NCBI GenBank assembly: GCA_020852855.1
Contig: JADZAA010000019.1
Coordinates: forward strand, 1 to 60,801
Source: Bacteroidota bacterium
GTDB lineage: Bacteria > Bacteroidota > Ignavibacteria > Kapaibacteriales > UBA961
Direction: 5' to 3'
DNA length: 60,801 nt
A program made the position numbers and the translations under genes. Shown piece after piece: positions 9,383 to 19,068 of this stretch (positions within the stretch are counted from its first letter, which is position 1; each line of letters opens with the position of its first letter). The notes below the pieces were generated by a model. The model was not told where the DNA came from, did no database searches, and saw nothing but the letters and a program-made list of their open reading frames with translations.

Positions 9383-10396
9383 TCAGAAACTCTTTCCGTA
9401 TTGACGAGCATAATAGTTGCGATATTCGCCCGAGCGTGCTGCGGTCAGCCATTCGTCGTTATTGATATACCATTCGACGGTTTCCTTCAAAGCGTCTGCG
9501 AAAACGGCTTGCGGTTTCCAGCCGAGCCGCATTTCTGCATAAGAAGGGTCTATTGCATAGCGAAAATCGTGTCCCGGGCGGTCGGTCGTGAATTTAATAA
9601 GCGATTCGGGTTTGTCCAAAATTGCAAGAATCATTTTTACTATGTCAATATTGCGCATTTCGCAACGTGCGCCGATATTATAAACTTCACCGGGTTCTCC
9701 AAATTTGTACGCCGCCCATATTGCGCGAACATGGTCGCGTGCATATATCCAATCTCGCACATTGTTTCCATTACCATACACGGGTAATGGTTTATCTTCA
9801 AGTGCATTACAAATCATCAACGGAATCAATTTTTCCGGAAATTGATACGCGCCGTAGTTATTTGAGCATCGAGTTATTGATGCACGCAGACCGTAAGTTG
9901 CCACAAAAGACAGCGTAAGCATATCGCCGGCGGCTTTCGAGGCAGAATACGGCGAACTCGGACGCAAAGGACTGCTTTCCGTGAATGTTCCGTTCTCGCC
10001 CAAAGAACCGTACACTTCATCGGTTGAAATTTGAATGAAGCGCAATCCGTATTTTACGGCTGCATCAAGAAGAACTTGGGTGCCGACTATATTCGCTTGC
10101 ACAAAGGGCGCGGCACTGTGAATTGAGCGGTCAACGTGCGTTTCTGCGGCTGCATTGATTATTCCCGATATGCAGTATCGAGTGCAAATATGATTAACAA
10201 TCTCGCTGTTTTCTATATGTCCATGAATGAAACGCAAGCGCGTATTATTCACTATGTTCCGTAAATTCATCAAGTTGCCGGCATAAGTAAGAGCATCGAG
10301 AATAACTATGTCGGCATCGCTTTCCGCGAGCAGATAATCGGCAAGGTTGCTGCCGATAAAACCGGCGCCGCCGGCGAGAAGTATGGTTTCGGACAT
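9383..10396 (-). CDS. rfbB: dTDP-glucose 4,6-dehydratase
   Basis: GGAGFIGSN Rossmann motif, ISTDEVYG, the YSASKAAGD catalytic motif and the typical C-terminal DxxK...GW segment. Confidence 0.88.
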   Translation of the reverse strand: MSETILLAGGAGFIGSNLADYLLAESDADIVILDALTYAGNLMNLRNIVNNTRLRFIHGHIENSEIVNHICTRYCISGIINAAAETHVDRSIHSAAPFVQANIVGTQVLLDAAVKYGLRFIQISTDEVYGSLGENGTFTESSPLRPSSPYSASKAAGDMLTLSFVATYGLRASITRCSNNYGAYQFPEKLIPLMICNALEDKPLPVYGNGNNVRDWIYARDHVRAIWAAYKFGEPGEVYNIGARCEMRNIDIVKMILAILDKPESLIKFTTDRPGHDFRYAIDPSYAEMRLGWKPQAVFADALKETVEWYINNDEWLTAARSGEYRNYYARQYGKSF

Positions 10397-10749
10397 AAAG
10401 TAATGCGATAGAACTGTATCGTCGTCTTTTTCTATTTACTGATATTGCGCTTTACGGTAAAACGCAACTACGTTTGTATATGAATAAAATTTTAAGAAAA
10501 CGGTCGGAAAATCTGCCTTTGGCACTGTTTACGGCAAAAGAATATAGTTGTAATAAAGGCTCGACAATCGCAAAAATACCGAAAGACGCGGCAATTTTAT
10601 TCAAAGTGCCGCAAGTAAGTACACCGCTTTCGAATTTTCTGCCTTTTTGCGGTTACTTCAATTTATGGATATTTTTTTGGAAATGTCCGAAAAACTTTGT
10701 AGTTAGCGGTATGTTCGTCTAAACTTTTCACCATATCGCGGAATAAATT

Positions 10750-13700
10750 ATGCGTTTCGGACGCATTGCAGGAATAATCATAGGCGTTCTGTTGCTTCTT
10801 TCGGGCGTGTCGCTGTCGGCACAAACTACCGACAGCGTAGTGCGTCGGCAGCCGCCGTCGGCCTACGAGGGACGACATTTCTTTGTGGGATTCATACAGA
10901 ACGAGGACTATATTTTGCAAGGCGGATTACACTTGCAAATATTCATTGCTTCGTCAAGCCCTACCCGAGTCGGCATTGTTCCGCCCGGTTCGCGCATTGT
11001 CAATTACTTTTATGTTCCGAAAGATACCGTTATTACTCTCGAAGTTGCGCAGTCGGAGCTTGGCAATTATGAATCTACCGAGTCGGAATATGTCCGCTAC
11101 AAGCTTGCGGAAATTATATCCGACCAGCCTGTAACTGTCTATGCAATGAGTTCGCAGGCGCAAACTTCGGACGCATATTCCGTTCTGCCCGTAACCGAAT
11201 GGGATAGGGATTACGTGGTACTTTCCATGCCCAACGATAAATACACCGACGACCCGGAAGAAAGCGAAGAGATGACATCCAATCGCCAGTCCGAAATATT
11301 GATTATGGCGGCTTACGACAACACCTTAGTCGTGATAACGCCCTCGACGCGAACAGAGCGCGGCTATAAACGCGGCGAAACATTCAGCATTACACTTAAT
11401 AAAGGGCAATGTTATTTAATCAAATCTGACCGGTCGTTGCCGTCGGGCGACGGCGACCTTTCGGGTACCATTATCAGCGCAGATAAACCGATAGGTATGC
11501 TCGCCGGCCATGTACGGGCCAGTGTTCCGCCTTTGCAATATCATCGCGGCGAAGACAACAGCAAAGACCATTTGTGCGATATGTTGCTGCCCGTTCAGAA
11601 ATGGGATTCCGAATATGTTTCGATTCCATTCGATATTTTATCACCTCAAGGCGATTATTTTAAAATTACAGCTGCATATCCGAATACGGAAGTAATGTAT
11701 AGCGGGCCGGGTATAAGCGGTCTATTTAAATTGGACAACCCGGGCGATACCGCTACTCTCGACGGCGTTAATATACCGCTTTTATGGACTGCGAATAAAA
11801 AGTTTTCTATTGCGCAATTTATGGAAACAAGTTTTAATCGCGGCGAATTGTTCGACCCGGCAATGGTAATTCTCCCGCCTCGAAATCGTTATGTTTCACG
11901 CGCACTTTTTCAAGTATTGCCCAATCCGCCGTATAATCCGCAGAAGTTTCGTTATCACTATGTAGGACTTGTAGTTGACGCGCTTGCACTGCGCAATGTC
12001 ATGCTCGACGGTGTCAGGGTGGCCGATTTAAGTCCGAATATTTTAACGCAAATAATACCGTTGCGCAATTTATATTGGGTAAATCTGAACGTTCTGCCCG
12101 GGAAGCACGAATTAAGAACCGATTACGGCAAATTCTCCGGCGTTATCTACGGCGTTGGAATGAATGACTCGTATGCAATGACGCTTGGAATTTCATTCGA
12201 CCGCCCCGACGAGGATACTTTGCCGCCGACAGTAAATTACAGCGACGATTGCGGAGTTTTTAACGGCGAAGCAACAGATAAACTCGATGCCAAAATGTCG
12301 GGTATTTTCTCGGTTACGGTAATTCAAAATTCAAATTTCGGTTATAAAATTTCGCAACTTACCGATACGTCAAAGTTTTCGACTTTTACCGCCAAGCCTA
12401 TTGACCCGACCAAAGACGGACTTATCGTGTTCGATATTCGCGATAAATCCGGCAACGGGCGCATTGTCCGCCATGTGTATAATGCCATTAAAATAAGCGT
12501 GGAAAAGGAAATTTCTTACGGTGCGGTAAATTGGCTCGATTCCACTTGTAAAAAAATAGTTATCCGCAATACGGGCGGAGGTGCCGTGCTGTTAAACGGC
12601 GTTGTGCTGTCGGGCGATAAACGTGTGAAGTTTGTTCCCGATATTTCCGATGCATTGAAAAATCGTTCGCTTGCCGCCGGCGATTCCGTAGAATTAAATA
12701 TTTGCTTTTATCCGTCGCTTGATTCATCGGCTCTTGATGCTGTTTGCAGCATAAATCTTCCTTGCGATTTAACTCTCGATATTCCTGTAATCGCACAAGT
12801 TGTTGCACCGGGGCTTGTTGCCGAAGGATGGGACTTCGGCGACGTCTTGATAGGAGATACTGTTTGTGCGTTTGTAAAAGTGCGAAATACAGGCAATGTG
12901 CCTATGATTATTTCGCAACTGCTGATTTCCCCGCCGCCGGATTTCATCTTCAAAACAGAAGCTGTTCTGCCGGATACGCTTGTACCGCGAGATTCATTGC
13001 TCGTGCCGGTTTGCTTTGCTCCGAGTACTCGAACCGACTATAAAGAAGGCGGCTTTGCCGTCGACCAATTTAACGGGCGCGTAGGTTTCATTGTTACCGG
13101 ACGCGGAGTTGCGCCGCTTGTGTTGCCGATTGCCATTGATTGGGGCAAACGCCGAGTGGGAGCAGCTTACGATTCTTTATTCTGGATTAAAAACAACGGA
13201 AATATGTCGGCAACAATATCTTACGAAAGTATTGCCGGCGATGCCGCGGCATTTGCCACCACAAGCAGCGGCGTTCAAAGTTTTGATATAAAAGCCGATG
13301 ACAGCATTCAAGTTTTGGCTTCTTTTGTTCCGCCGGCAAACGGCACCCGCACTTTTAAGGCAACGGAAACTTTCCGCATAATAAATTGGCGACTGCATCA
13401 GCCGATTGGCGCAACGCTTACGGGCGAGGGAACTTTGCCTGCCGTAATTACTTATGACACTGATTTTGGAATTGTGCAAACTAATAAAAGCAAGGACTCT
13501 TTAACTCTTTGTTTGTTCGCCGACGGAAACGAAGACCTTGCTGTCGATTCTATGTACATAATTTCCGGCGACTCTGATTCTTTCATAATCTCTGCTGCGG
13601 AATTGCGGCGCAAAAGAACGCTTGCACCAGGAAGCAATATCTATCTTCAGGCAACTTTCGCGCCGAAACGAGTAGGAAAACATGAAATTACTTTTAGTGT

Positions 13701-14820
13701 AATCCACGATGCCGCACCGAATTACAAGCGAGAGGAATCAACATTCAAATTTACGGGAAATGCAACGCCGGACGATACTTTGCGCGGCGAGATGAGCCTG
13801 TTGCCTTCAATAACGGGTGCTGTTCCCGCTTGTGTACGTAACCCGATTATAGTTACCGTAAAAAACACGGGCAACAGAACGTTGATTGTCGATTCGCTCT
13901 ACGCGACTGTTCCGCAACAAGCAAAAATCATTGAGTCGTCTTTGCCCGCACTGCCTTACAATTTGCCGCGTGACGAGGAAATTTCTGCTTCATTTATCGT
14001 GAAAGCGGAGGGGAATACGCCGTTTGACGTTTCGTTCCGGGCTACTGCAACCGCCGGAATAGTCCTTGAAAAAACTCTGACAATCAATCCGGCACTGAAT
14101 AATGTAACGGCAGAAATACGCTTTGACGATTTGCCGGCCATGCCGGGAAAAACGGGAAATATTATGATTTCCGGCACAATTAAAGCCGCCGATACGATGC
14201 AAATCCTTCCGTTGCTGTCATTTACGTTACCATCTAAAATGGCTGTATTAAGCGGAGAAGGCGCAATTTGCAGATTTACGGAGGGCGATACTGCGAAAAG
14301 CGTTGCAATTACAACTGTTCAAAGCGAAACGAAAGTTGAAATTAAATTTCCCGCACCGGTAATTATTTCAAGTAATGCGGACTGGAAAATTACCTTACCG
14401 TATATGCTGATGTTGAGCGAGCAGCTTATTGCACCCGTAGAATTAACTTTTCGCGACAGTTCGGGCAAATGTTTCGGCGAGGCTTCGGGGCGTACCGTAT
14501 TAGATGTGTCGCCTGTATGCGCCCAACTTATACGCACTGTAAAGGCAATGAGCGGCGTATATTTATTACTTGGCGTATCGCCGCAACCGGCCGGCGAAGC
14601 GGCGCGAATACGATATATTGCTCCCGAACCGATGGAAGCAGAATTTGAGGCAGTGAATTTGCTCGGTGTGGCAACTTATTTGGGCAAAACAGAACTCGGA
14701 AGCGGAACAGGAGAAATAATGCTTGATGTTTCAATGTTGCCGCCGGGCGTTTATCGCTTGTCGGGACGCTCGAAAAGCTACGGTACGCGCAACGTGGAAA
14801 TGCTGATAATTTCGCGGTAA
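10750..14820 (+). CDS. Large secreted adhesin-like protein: IgGFc-binding-protein-like N-terminal domain, at least five PapD/HYDIN-like (choice-of-anchor-D type) Ig repeats and a T9SS C-terminal sorting domain
   Basis: It has a signal peptide. GRHFFVGFIQNE is typical of the IgGFc-binding N-domain. A repeated module of the form DFGxVxxGxxxxxxxxVxNTGN.... recurs, for example WDFGDVLIGDTVCAFVKVRNTGNVPM. The last 85 or so residues look like a T9SS sorting domain (VSPQPA...VYRL...). Confidence 0.85.
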   Translation: MRFGRIAGIIIGVLLLLSGVSLSAQTTDSVVRRQPPSAYEGRHFFVGFIQNEDYILQGGLHLQIFIASSSPTRVGIVPPGSRIVNYFYVPKDTVITLEVAQSELGNYESTESEYVRYKLAEIISDQPVTVYAMSSQAQTSDAYSVLPVTEWDRDYVVLSMPNDKYTDDPEESEEMTSNRQSEILIMAAYDNTLVVITPSTRTERGYKRGETFSITLNKGQCYLIKSDRSLPSGDGDLSGTIISADKPIGMLAGHVRASVPPLQYHRGEDNSKDHLCDMLLPVQKWDSEYVSIPFDILSPQGDYFKITAAYPNTEVMYSGPGISGLFKLDNPGDTATLDGVNIPLLWTANKKFSIAQFMETSFNRGELFDPAMVILPPRNRYVSRALFQVLPNPPYNPQKFRYHYVGLVVDALALRNVMLDGVRVADLSPNILTQIIPLRNLYWVNLNVLPGKHELRTDYGKFSGVIYGVGMNDSYAMTLGISFDRPDEDTLPPTVNYSDDCGVFNGEATDKLDAKMSGIFSVTVIQNSNFGYKISQLTDTSKFSTFTAKPIDPTKDGLIVFDIRDKSGNGRIVRHVYNAIKISVEKEISYGAVNWLDSTCKKIVIRNTGGGAVLLNGVVLSGDKRVKFVPDISDALKNRSLAAGDSVELNICFYPSLDSSALDAVCSINLPCDLTLDIPVIAQVVAPGLVAEGWDFGDVLIGDTVCAFVKVRNTGNVPMIISQLLISPPPDFIFKTEAVLPDTLVPRDSLLVPVCFAPSTRTDYKEGGFAVDQFNGRVGFIVTGRGVAPLVLPIAIDWGKRRVGAAYDSLFWIKNNGNMSATISYESIAGDAAAFATTSSGVQSFDIKADDSIQVLASFVPPANGTRTFKATETFRIINWRLHQPIGATLTGEGTLPAVITYDTDFGIVQTNKSKDSLTLCLFADGNEDLAVDSMYIISGDSDSFIISAAELRRKRTLAPGSNIYLQATFAPKRVGKHEITFSVIHDAAPNYKREESTFKFTGNATPDDTLRGEMSLLPSITGAVPACVRNPIIVTVKNTGNRTLIVDSLYATVPQQAKIIESSLPALPYNLPRDEEISASFIVKAEGNTPFDVSFRATATAGIVLEKTLTINPALNNVTAEIRFDDLPAMPGKTGNIMISGTIKAADTMQILPLLSFTLPSKMAVLSGEGAICRFTEGDTAKSVAITTVQSETKVEIKFPAPVIISSNADWKITLPYMLMLSEQLIAPVELTFRDSSGKCFGEASGRTVLDVSPVCAQLIRTVKAMSGVYLLLGVSPQPAGEAARIRYIAPEPMEAEFEAVNLLGVATYLGKTELGSGTGEIMLDVSMLPPGVYRLSGRSKSYGTRNVEMLIISR

Positions 14821-15031
14821 TTTCCGTATATTGCCGCTGTTGAAAATTCACGTTGCAATATATTCGGGCAAAAATTTTACAAAACACTAAAATTTGTTTG
14901 TCCAAAGTCTGCTAAACTTGTAATTTTGAGCGTATGTAACCGTGCGGCTTCGTTTGCAGTCCGCCGTTTGCCGTCAATTTTGATAATTTCCAAATGTATA
15001 ACCGGTGTTTTATCCTCGAAAGGATTATGTT

Positions 15032-15880
15032 ATGCGCTTTTTTTCTTGGTTATTTTTTTTCTGTTTGATTGCCGCGCTTCCTGCGTCTTTATTCGCTCAA
15101 GAAGAAGAGGAGCTCTCCGACCCGCTGAATCCTTCAAAGGCTCCGCCGCGCATATATTTAGGGCCGGTAGCAGGATATAACCGCTCATTGCACTCGGGCG
15201 GATTCCCATCTGTTGCGGGCGACGTTTCTTGTCCTAAATTTGAAAGCGGAACCGAAAACGGATATTATTTCGGAATTACCGGTGAATATCTTCTGGGCGA
15301 CCCCAAAAACTCGAAATCTTCGGTTTTTGTACGTTTAACTTATGATTATATGCCGGCTTTTTTTACCGTACCCGGAGATAAGTATCCGTCGAATTTAAAC
15401 GGAAACGTAACCGAAACGGAAGTAGAACATACAACGCGGATAAAATATCCGCTGATTAACTTCGAGGCAATGTATAAGTTCAATATATTCAAAGGTTTCG
15501 GTATTACTGCCGGTCCGCAGATAGGCTTCGTTATGGGCGGTGAGCAAGAGCAACGCTTCACGCTGAAATTCGATCCGGCGAATCCGGCACAGTTCAGTAC
15601 AGAAGACTTGAGCAAGATACCGCCGCCGCATCCCGGATATCAACCCCAATTTACCGATGATACAAGAACGTCCATTATTCTGTATAAAGGCGATATTGTG
15701 GGCAAAACATCAATGCGATTCGCGCTCGTGGGCGGCGTGCAGTACGAAATTCTGCTCAATAAATGGTATTTGGTACCGCACGTACTCTATAATTTCGGAA
15801 TTACGAAAATCAATAATGTAGGCGATAATTGGACGGTAAGCGCACTTCAAATCGGAGTTGATTTGCGTCGCGCTTTCTGA
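15032..15880 (+). CDS. Outer-membrane beta-barrel protein (porin-family fold)
   Basis: Signal peptide MRFFSWLFFFCLIAALPASLFAQ, alternating amphipathic beta-strand pattern and a C-terminal aromatic residue (..VDLRRAF). The tracked ORF begins 27 nt earlier, at 15005. Confidence 0.75.
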   Translation: MRFFSWLFFFCLIAALPASLFAQEEEELSDPLNPSKAPPRIYLGPVAGYNRSLHSGGFPSVAGDVSCPKFESGTENGYYFGITGEYLLGDPKNSKSSVFVRLTYDYMPAFFTVPGDKYPSNLNGNVTETEVEHTTRIKYPLINFEAMYKFNIFKGFGITAGPQIGFVMGGEQEQRFTLKFDPANPAQFSTEDLSKIPPPHPGYQPQFTDDTRTSIILYKGDIVGKTSMRFALVGGVQYEILLNKWYLVPHVLYNFGITKINNVGDNWTVSALQIGVDLRRAF

Positions 15881-15902
15881 TTTTTTTTGCACTTCTCGTA
15901 AA

Positions 15903-15947
15903 GAAAAGCGAACGCGGATTGTTCTCTGCGTCCGCTTTTCTGATTTT
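15903..15947 (+). terminator. Rho-independent terminator candidate
   Basis: GAAAAGCGAACGC / GCGTCCGCTTTTC forms a 13-bp stem with one mismatch and a 12-nt loop, followed by TGATTTTT. It lies 23 nt after the stop at 15880. Confidence 0.7.
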
Positions 15948-15970
15948 TCGCAGCATTTTTATTAAATACG

Positions 15971-16507
15971 ATGGAACAGCTTTGGTCGCCATGGCGCTCT
16001 CAATACATTCAAACTTTCGGTACGGCAAAAGAAGAAAACGAGTGTTTCCTTTGCTCCGCCGTGCAGTTACGCGAAGAAGTCGAACAGAGATTGGTGGTTG
16101 CCCGCGGCGCATCGTGCTTTGCGGTGATGAACAAATTCCCGTATAATGCAGGACATCTTATGGTCGCTCCAATGCGACATATAGGCGAGCTTGAGTCGCT
16201 TTCTCGCGAAGAACTTGCCGAAATAATGACGCTTATTCGCAATTCGTCGGAAGTATTGCGCCGCGTGTTCAATCCTCACGGATTAAATATCGGTGCAAAT
16301 CTTGGCCGTGCTGCCGGTGCCGGATTGCCCGGACATTTGCATTTTCATCTTGTGCCGCGCTGGAACGGCGATACGAATTTTATGCCTTTACTTGCCGATG
16401 TAAAAGTCGTATCGGAGTCGCTTACAGAAACCCGCGAGTGCGTTGCGGCCGCTTTCGGGGAATTATTTCCTGCTTTGTCGGTCACCGCTTCACCCGGTGC
16501 CCGATGA
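15971..16507 (+). CDS. HIT (histidine triad) family nucleotide hydrolase/transferase
   Basis: GHLHFHLVPRWNGDTNFM histidine-triad motif plus NKFPYNAGHLMV. Confidence 0.9.
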   Translation: MEQLWSPWRSQYIQTFGTAKEENECFLCSAVQLREEVEQRLVVARGASCFAVMNKFPYNAGHLMVAPMRHIGELESLSREELAEIMTLIRNSSEVLRRVFNPHGLNIGANLGRAAGAGLPGHLHFHLVPRWNGDTNFMPLLADVKVVSESLTETRECVAAAFGELFPALSVTASPGAR

Positions 16508-17283
16508 TTCGCCCCAAAAAATCGCTTGGTCAGAATTTTTTGCGCGACGATAATATCGCTGCGGCTATTGTTCGGGCATTGGAATGTAACGAGGGTGATG
16601 CCATAGTAGAAATAGGGCCGGGTACAGGTGCCCTTACAAATCTTATCGCAAAGTTGCCTGTCAATTTGACCGCAATAGAACTTGACCGACGCGCTATAAC
16701 CGAGCTTCGAGTTTTGTTCCCGTCAAGTACTTTCCCTAACGTCGCTATATGCGAGGGTGATTTTCTGCAATTCGATATTCAAGCATTATCCGCCTCCGAT
16801 TCGCGGTGTAAAATTATAGGAAATATTCCCTATTATATTACCGCCGATATACTTTTCCGAATTTTCGAGAATGTACCGGCGATAGACCGCGCAGTAATTA
16901 TGATGCAACGCGAAGTAGCAGAGCGAATTACCGCACAACCGCGCACAAAAGAATACGGAATTTTAAGTGTAGCGGCTGCATTCTCTTCGCGACCGCGCAA
17001 ATTGTTCAATGTTTCGCCCTCTTGCTTTTACCCCAAACCAAAAGTCGAATCTTCCGTCGTATTATTCGATTGCTCGCAGCAATTGCTTGCCTCCGAACGA
17101 TTTAAACCTGTAATGAGCCTTGTGAGGGCAGCTTTCGGACAACGGCGCAAAGTATTGGGCAATGCTTTGAAAGCCTATTGCAATGCTGTGCGCACCGAAT
17201 TGCCGATTGAATATGCTCGTCGCCGCGCCGAAGAGCTTACCCCTACGGAATTTGTTAATCTATACGAACAAATGCATCTATGA
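16504..17283 (+). CDS. rsmA: 16S rRNA (adenine1518/1519-N6)-dimethyltransferase
   Basis: KKSLGQNFL...VEIGPGTGALT...GNIPYYIT signature. The start forms an ATGA overlap with the HIT gene stop. The tracked ORF extends to 16438, but that part overlaps the HIT gene. Confidence 0.92.
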   Translation: MIRPKKSLGQNFLRDDNIAAAIVRALECNEGDAIVEIGPGTGALTNLIAKLPVNLTAIELDRRAITELRVLFPSSTFPNVAICEGDFLQFDIQALSASDSRCKIIGNIPYYITADILFRIFENVPAIDRAVIMMQREVAERITAQPRTKEYGILSVAAAFSSRPRKLFNVSPSCFYPKPKVESSVVLFDCSQQLLASERFKPVMSLVRAAFGQRRKVLGNALKAYCNAVRTELPIEYARRRAEELTPTEFVNLYEQMHL

Positions 17284-18263
17284 GCGATATTGCCGAAAGA
17301 GAAAAACAATCGGCACAATACAAATACGTGCCGCCGCATTTATTTCGTACAATCGATATTTACTGCATTTTTCAAGTGATTGTTTATACTGTTCTTGCAA
17401 TAATCTGTTCGGCTGAAATTCCGGAATATCCGCGTTTGATTTTTACCAACGTATTGCTTTGCGGCGGAATTATCGGCGTGAATTATGCTTTGCGACGCTA
17501 TGGAAATTATATTTTTTGGTCGTTGCGCAATTTATTGTTGCCCGGCATAATACTTATGCTGTTTTTGCAGGTGTTTTATTATGTAACAGCAATGCACAGC
17601 CGCGATTACGATGCGGAGCTCATTGCAGCCGATTTTGCAATTTTCGGAACAAATCCTACTTATTTTATTGACGGTTATGCAGTTCCGCCGCTTACCGAAA
17701 TTCTGCAAATTGCTTATGTTCTTTATTTCTTTCATCCTATAGCGCAAGGAGTGGAACTATTTAAAGAAAAGCGATATAACGAATTAAATATGCTGATGCG
17801 TATTATTGTTTTTACGTTTCTTTTATCGTATTTGCTTTATTTTATTATGCCTGCCGTCGGGCCGCGCTTTACTCTTCATGATTATGCGACGACAAATGCC
17901 GATTTACCCGGTCTGTGGCTTACCGACGCGCTTCGTTTATTTATTGATTCCGGCGATAACGTTGCCCTTGGAACGGCAAATCCCGCTTCAACCGTACATC
18001 GAAACTGTATGCCGAGCGGACACACTTTGGTTTCGGTAGTCAATCTTATTATGGCTTTCCGGTTTAAGGTGAAAATGCGTTATGTTCTGGCGGTTCTGGC
18101 TGCTTTATTGGTTATTTCCACAGTCTATTTGCGCTATCATTACGTAGTTGATGTATTGGCAGGATTGGCTTTAGTAGGTGTGGTATTTCTTGTAGAACCA
18201 ATAATTCACCGCGCACTCACACGCATAAAACTTTGCAACGACGATTTGCCGAATTATCTTTAA
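17280..18263 (+). CDS. PAP2-superfamily integral membrane enzyme (PAP2_C / sphingomyelin-synthase-like motifs)
   Basis: Several transmembrane segments, plus the motifs PSGHT and HYVVDVLAG. Its start overlaps the rsmA stop as ATGA. Confidence 0.75.
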   Translation: MSDIAEREKQSAQYKYVPPHLFRTIDIYCIFQVIVYTVLAIICSAEIPEYPRLIFTNVLLCGGIIGVNYALRRYGNYIFWSLRNLLLPGIILMLFLQVFYYVTAMHSRDYDAELIAADFAIFGTNPTYFIDGYAVPPLTEILQIAYVLYFFHPIAQGVELFKEKRYNELNMLMRIIVFTFLLSYLLYFIMPAVGPRFTLHDYATTNADLPGLWLTDALRLFIDSGDNVALGTANPASTVHRNCMPSGHTLVSVVNLIMAFRFKVKMRYVLAVLAALLVISTVYLRYHYVVDVLAGLALVGVVFLVEPIIHRALTRIKLCNDDLPNYL

Positions 18264-18309
18264 AATAAAGGCTTAGAAAAAAAGTACGATGATTGGCGGC
18301 GAAGGTTGT

Positions 18310-19068
18310 TCAGCTTGAAGTTTTTGTCGGTTTCGGCGGTCTTTCGCCAAAAATCAGAGAGCCTATGCGTATAATTGTAGCACCTTCGGCAATGGCCTCG
18401 CGAAAATCGCCGCTCATTCCCATCGAGAGTTCAAGTTCCGATTCCGACCGCCCCGTTTCGTCTGCCAAAGTTTCACGCAAATGCCTCAACAAGGCGAATT
18501 CCCGTATTGTGTTTTCGGATGTGCCGCTAAGTCCGGCTATTGTAGTCAAGCCGATTATGCGGATTCCGTCTATGGGCATTATTGATGCGACAAGCGACTC
18601 TAAATCTTCGGGCGCACAACCGTATTTGCTCGCTTCGCCGGAAGTATTGACTTGCAGTAAAACCGAAAAATTTTTAGAGAATTTATTTGCAAATTTGGAA
18701 AGCTCTTGTGCAAGTCCGACCGAATCAAGCGAATGAATGGTACTGCAATACGGCGCAACATATTTGCATTTATTGGTTTGCAAATGTCCGATAAAATGCC
18801 ATTCGGGCGATACGCCGAGAATTTCTTCCGTTTCCGGAGCCTTGTCGCGCAGCTCTTGCGCATAATTTTCACCGAAAATCCGTATGCCCGCAGAATAAGC
18901 GGCCGCCACAGCCCCGGCGGGTTGCGTTTTTGAAACGGCGAGTATGCGAACTTCGCCGGGATTGCGCCCTGCGGCACGTGCCGCTTCGCCTGCTGCCTCC
19001 GAAACTGCAGCAATATTGTTGGCTATGCGCACGGCAAAATCATTGCTCATAATGTTTGCGGCTTTCAT
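18310..19068 (-). CDS. yggS: YggS-family pyridoxal-phosphate homeostasis protein
   Basis: ILAVSKTQP...FGENYAQEL...WHFIGHLQTNK...SMGMSGDF. An alternative start at 19050 would reduce the overlap with the upstream gene. Confidence 0.9.
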   Translation of the reverse strand: MKAANIMSNDFAVRIANNIAAVSEAAGEAARAAGRNPGEVRILAVSKTQPAGAVAAAYSAGIRIFGENYAQELRDKAPETEEILGVSPEWHFIGHLQTNKCKYVAPYCSTIHSLDSVGLAQELSKFANKFSKNFSVLLQVNTSGEASKYGCAPEDLESLVASIMPIDGIRIIGLTTIAGLSGTSENTIREFALLRHLRETLADETGRSESELELSMGMSGDFREAIAEGATIIRIGSLIFGERPPKPTKTSS

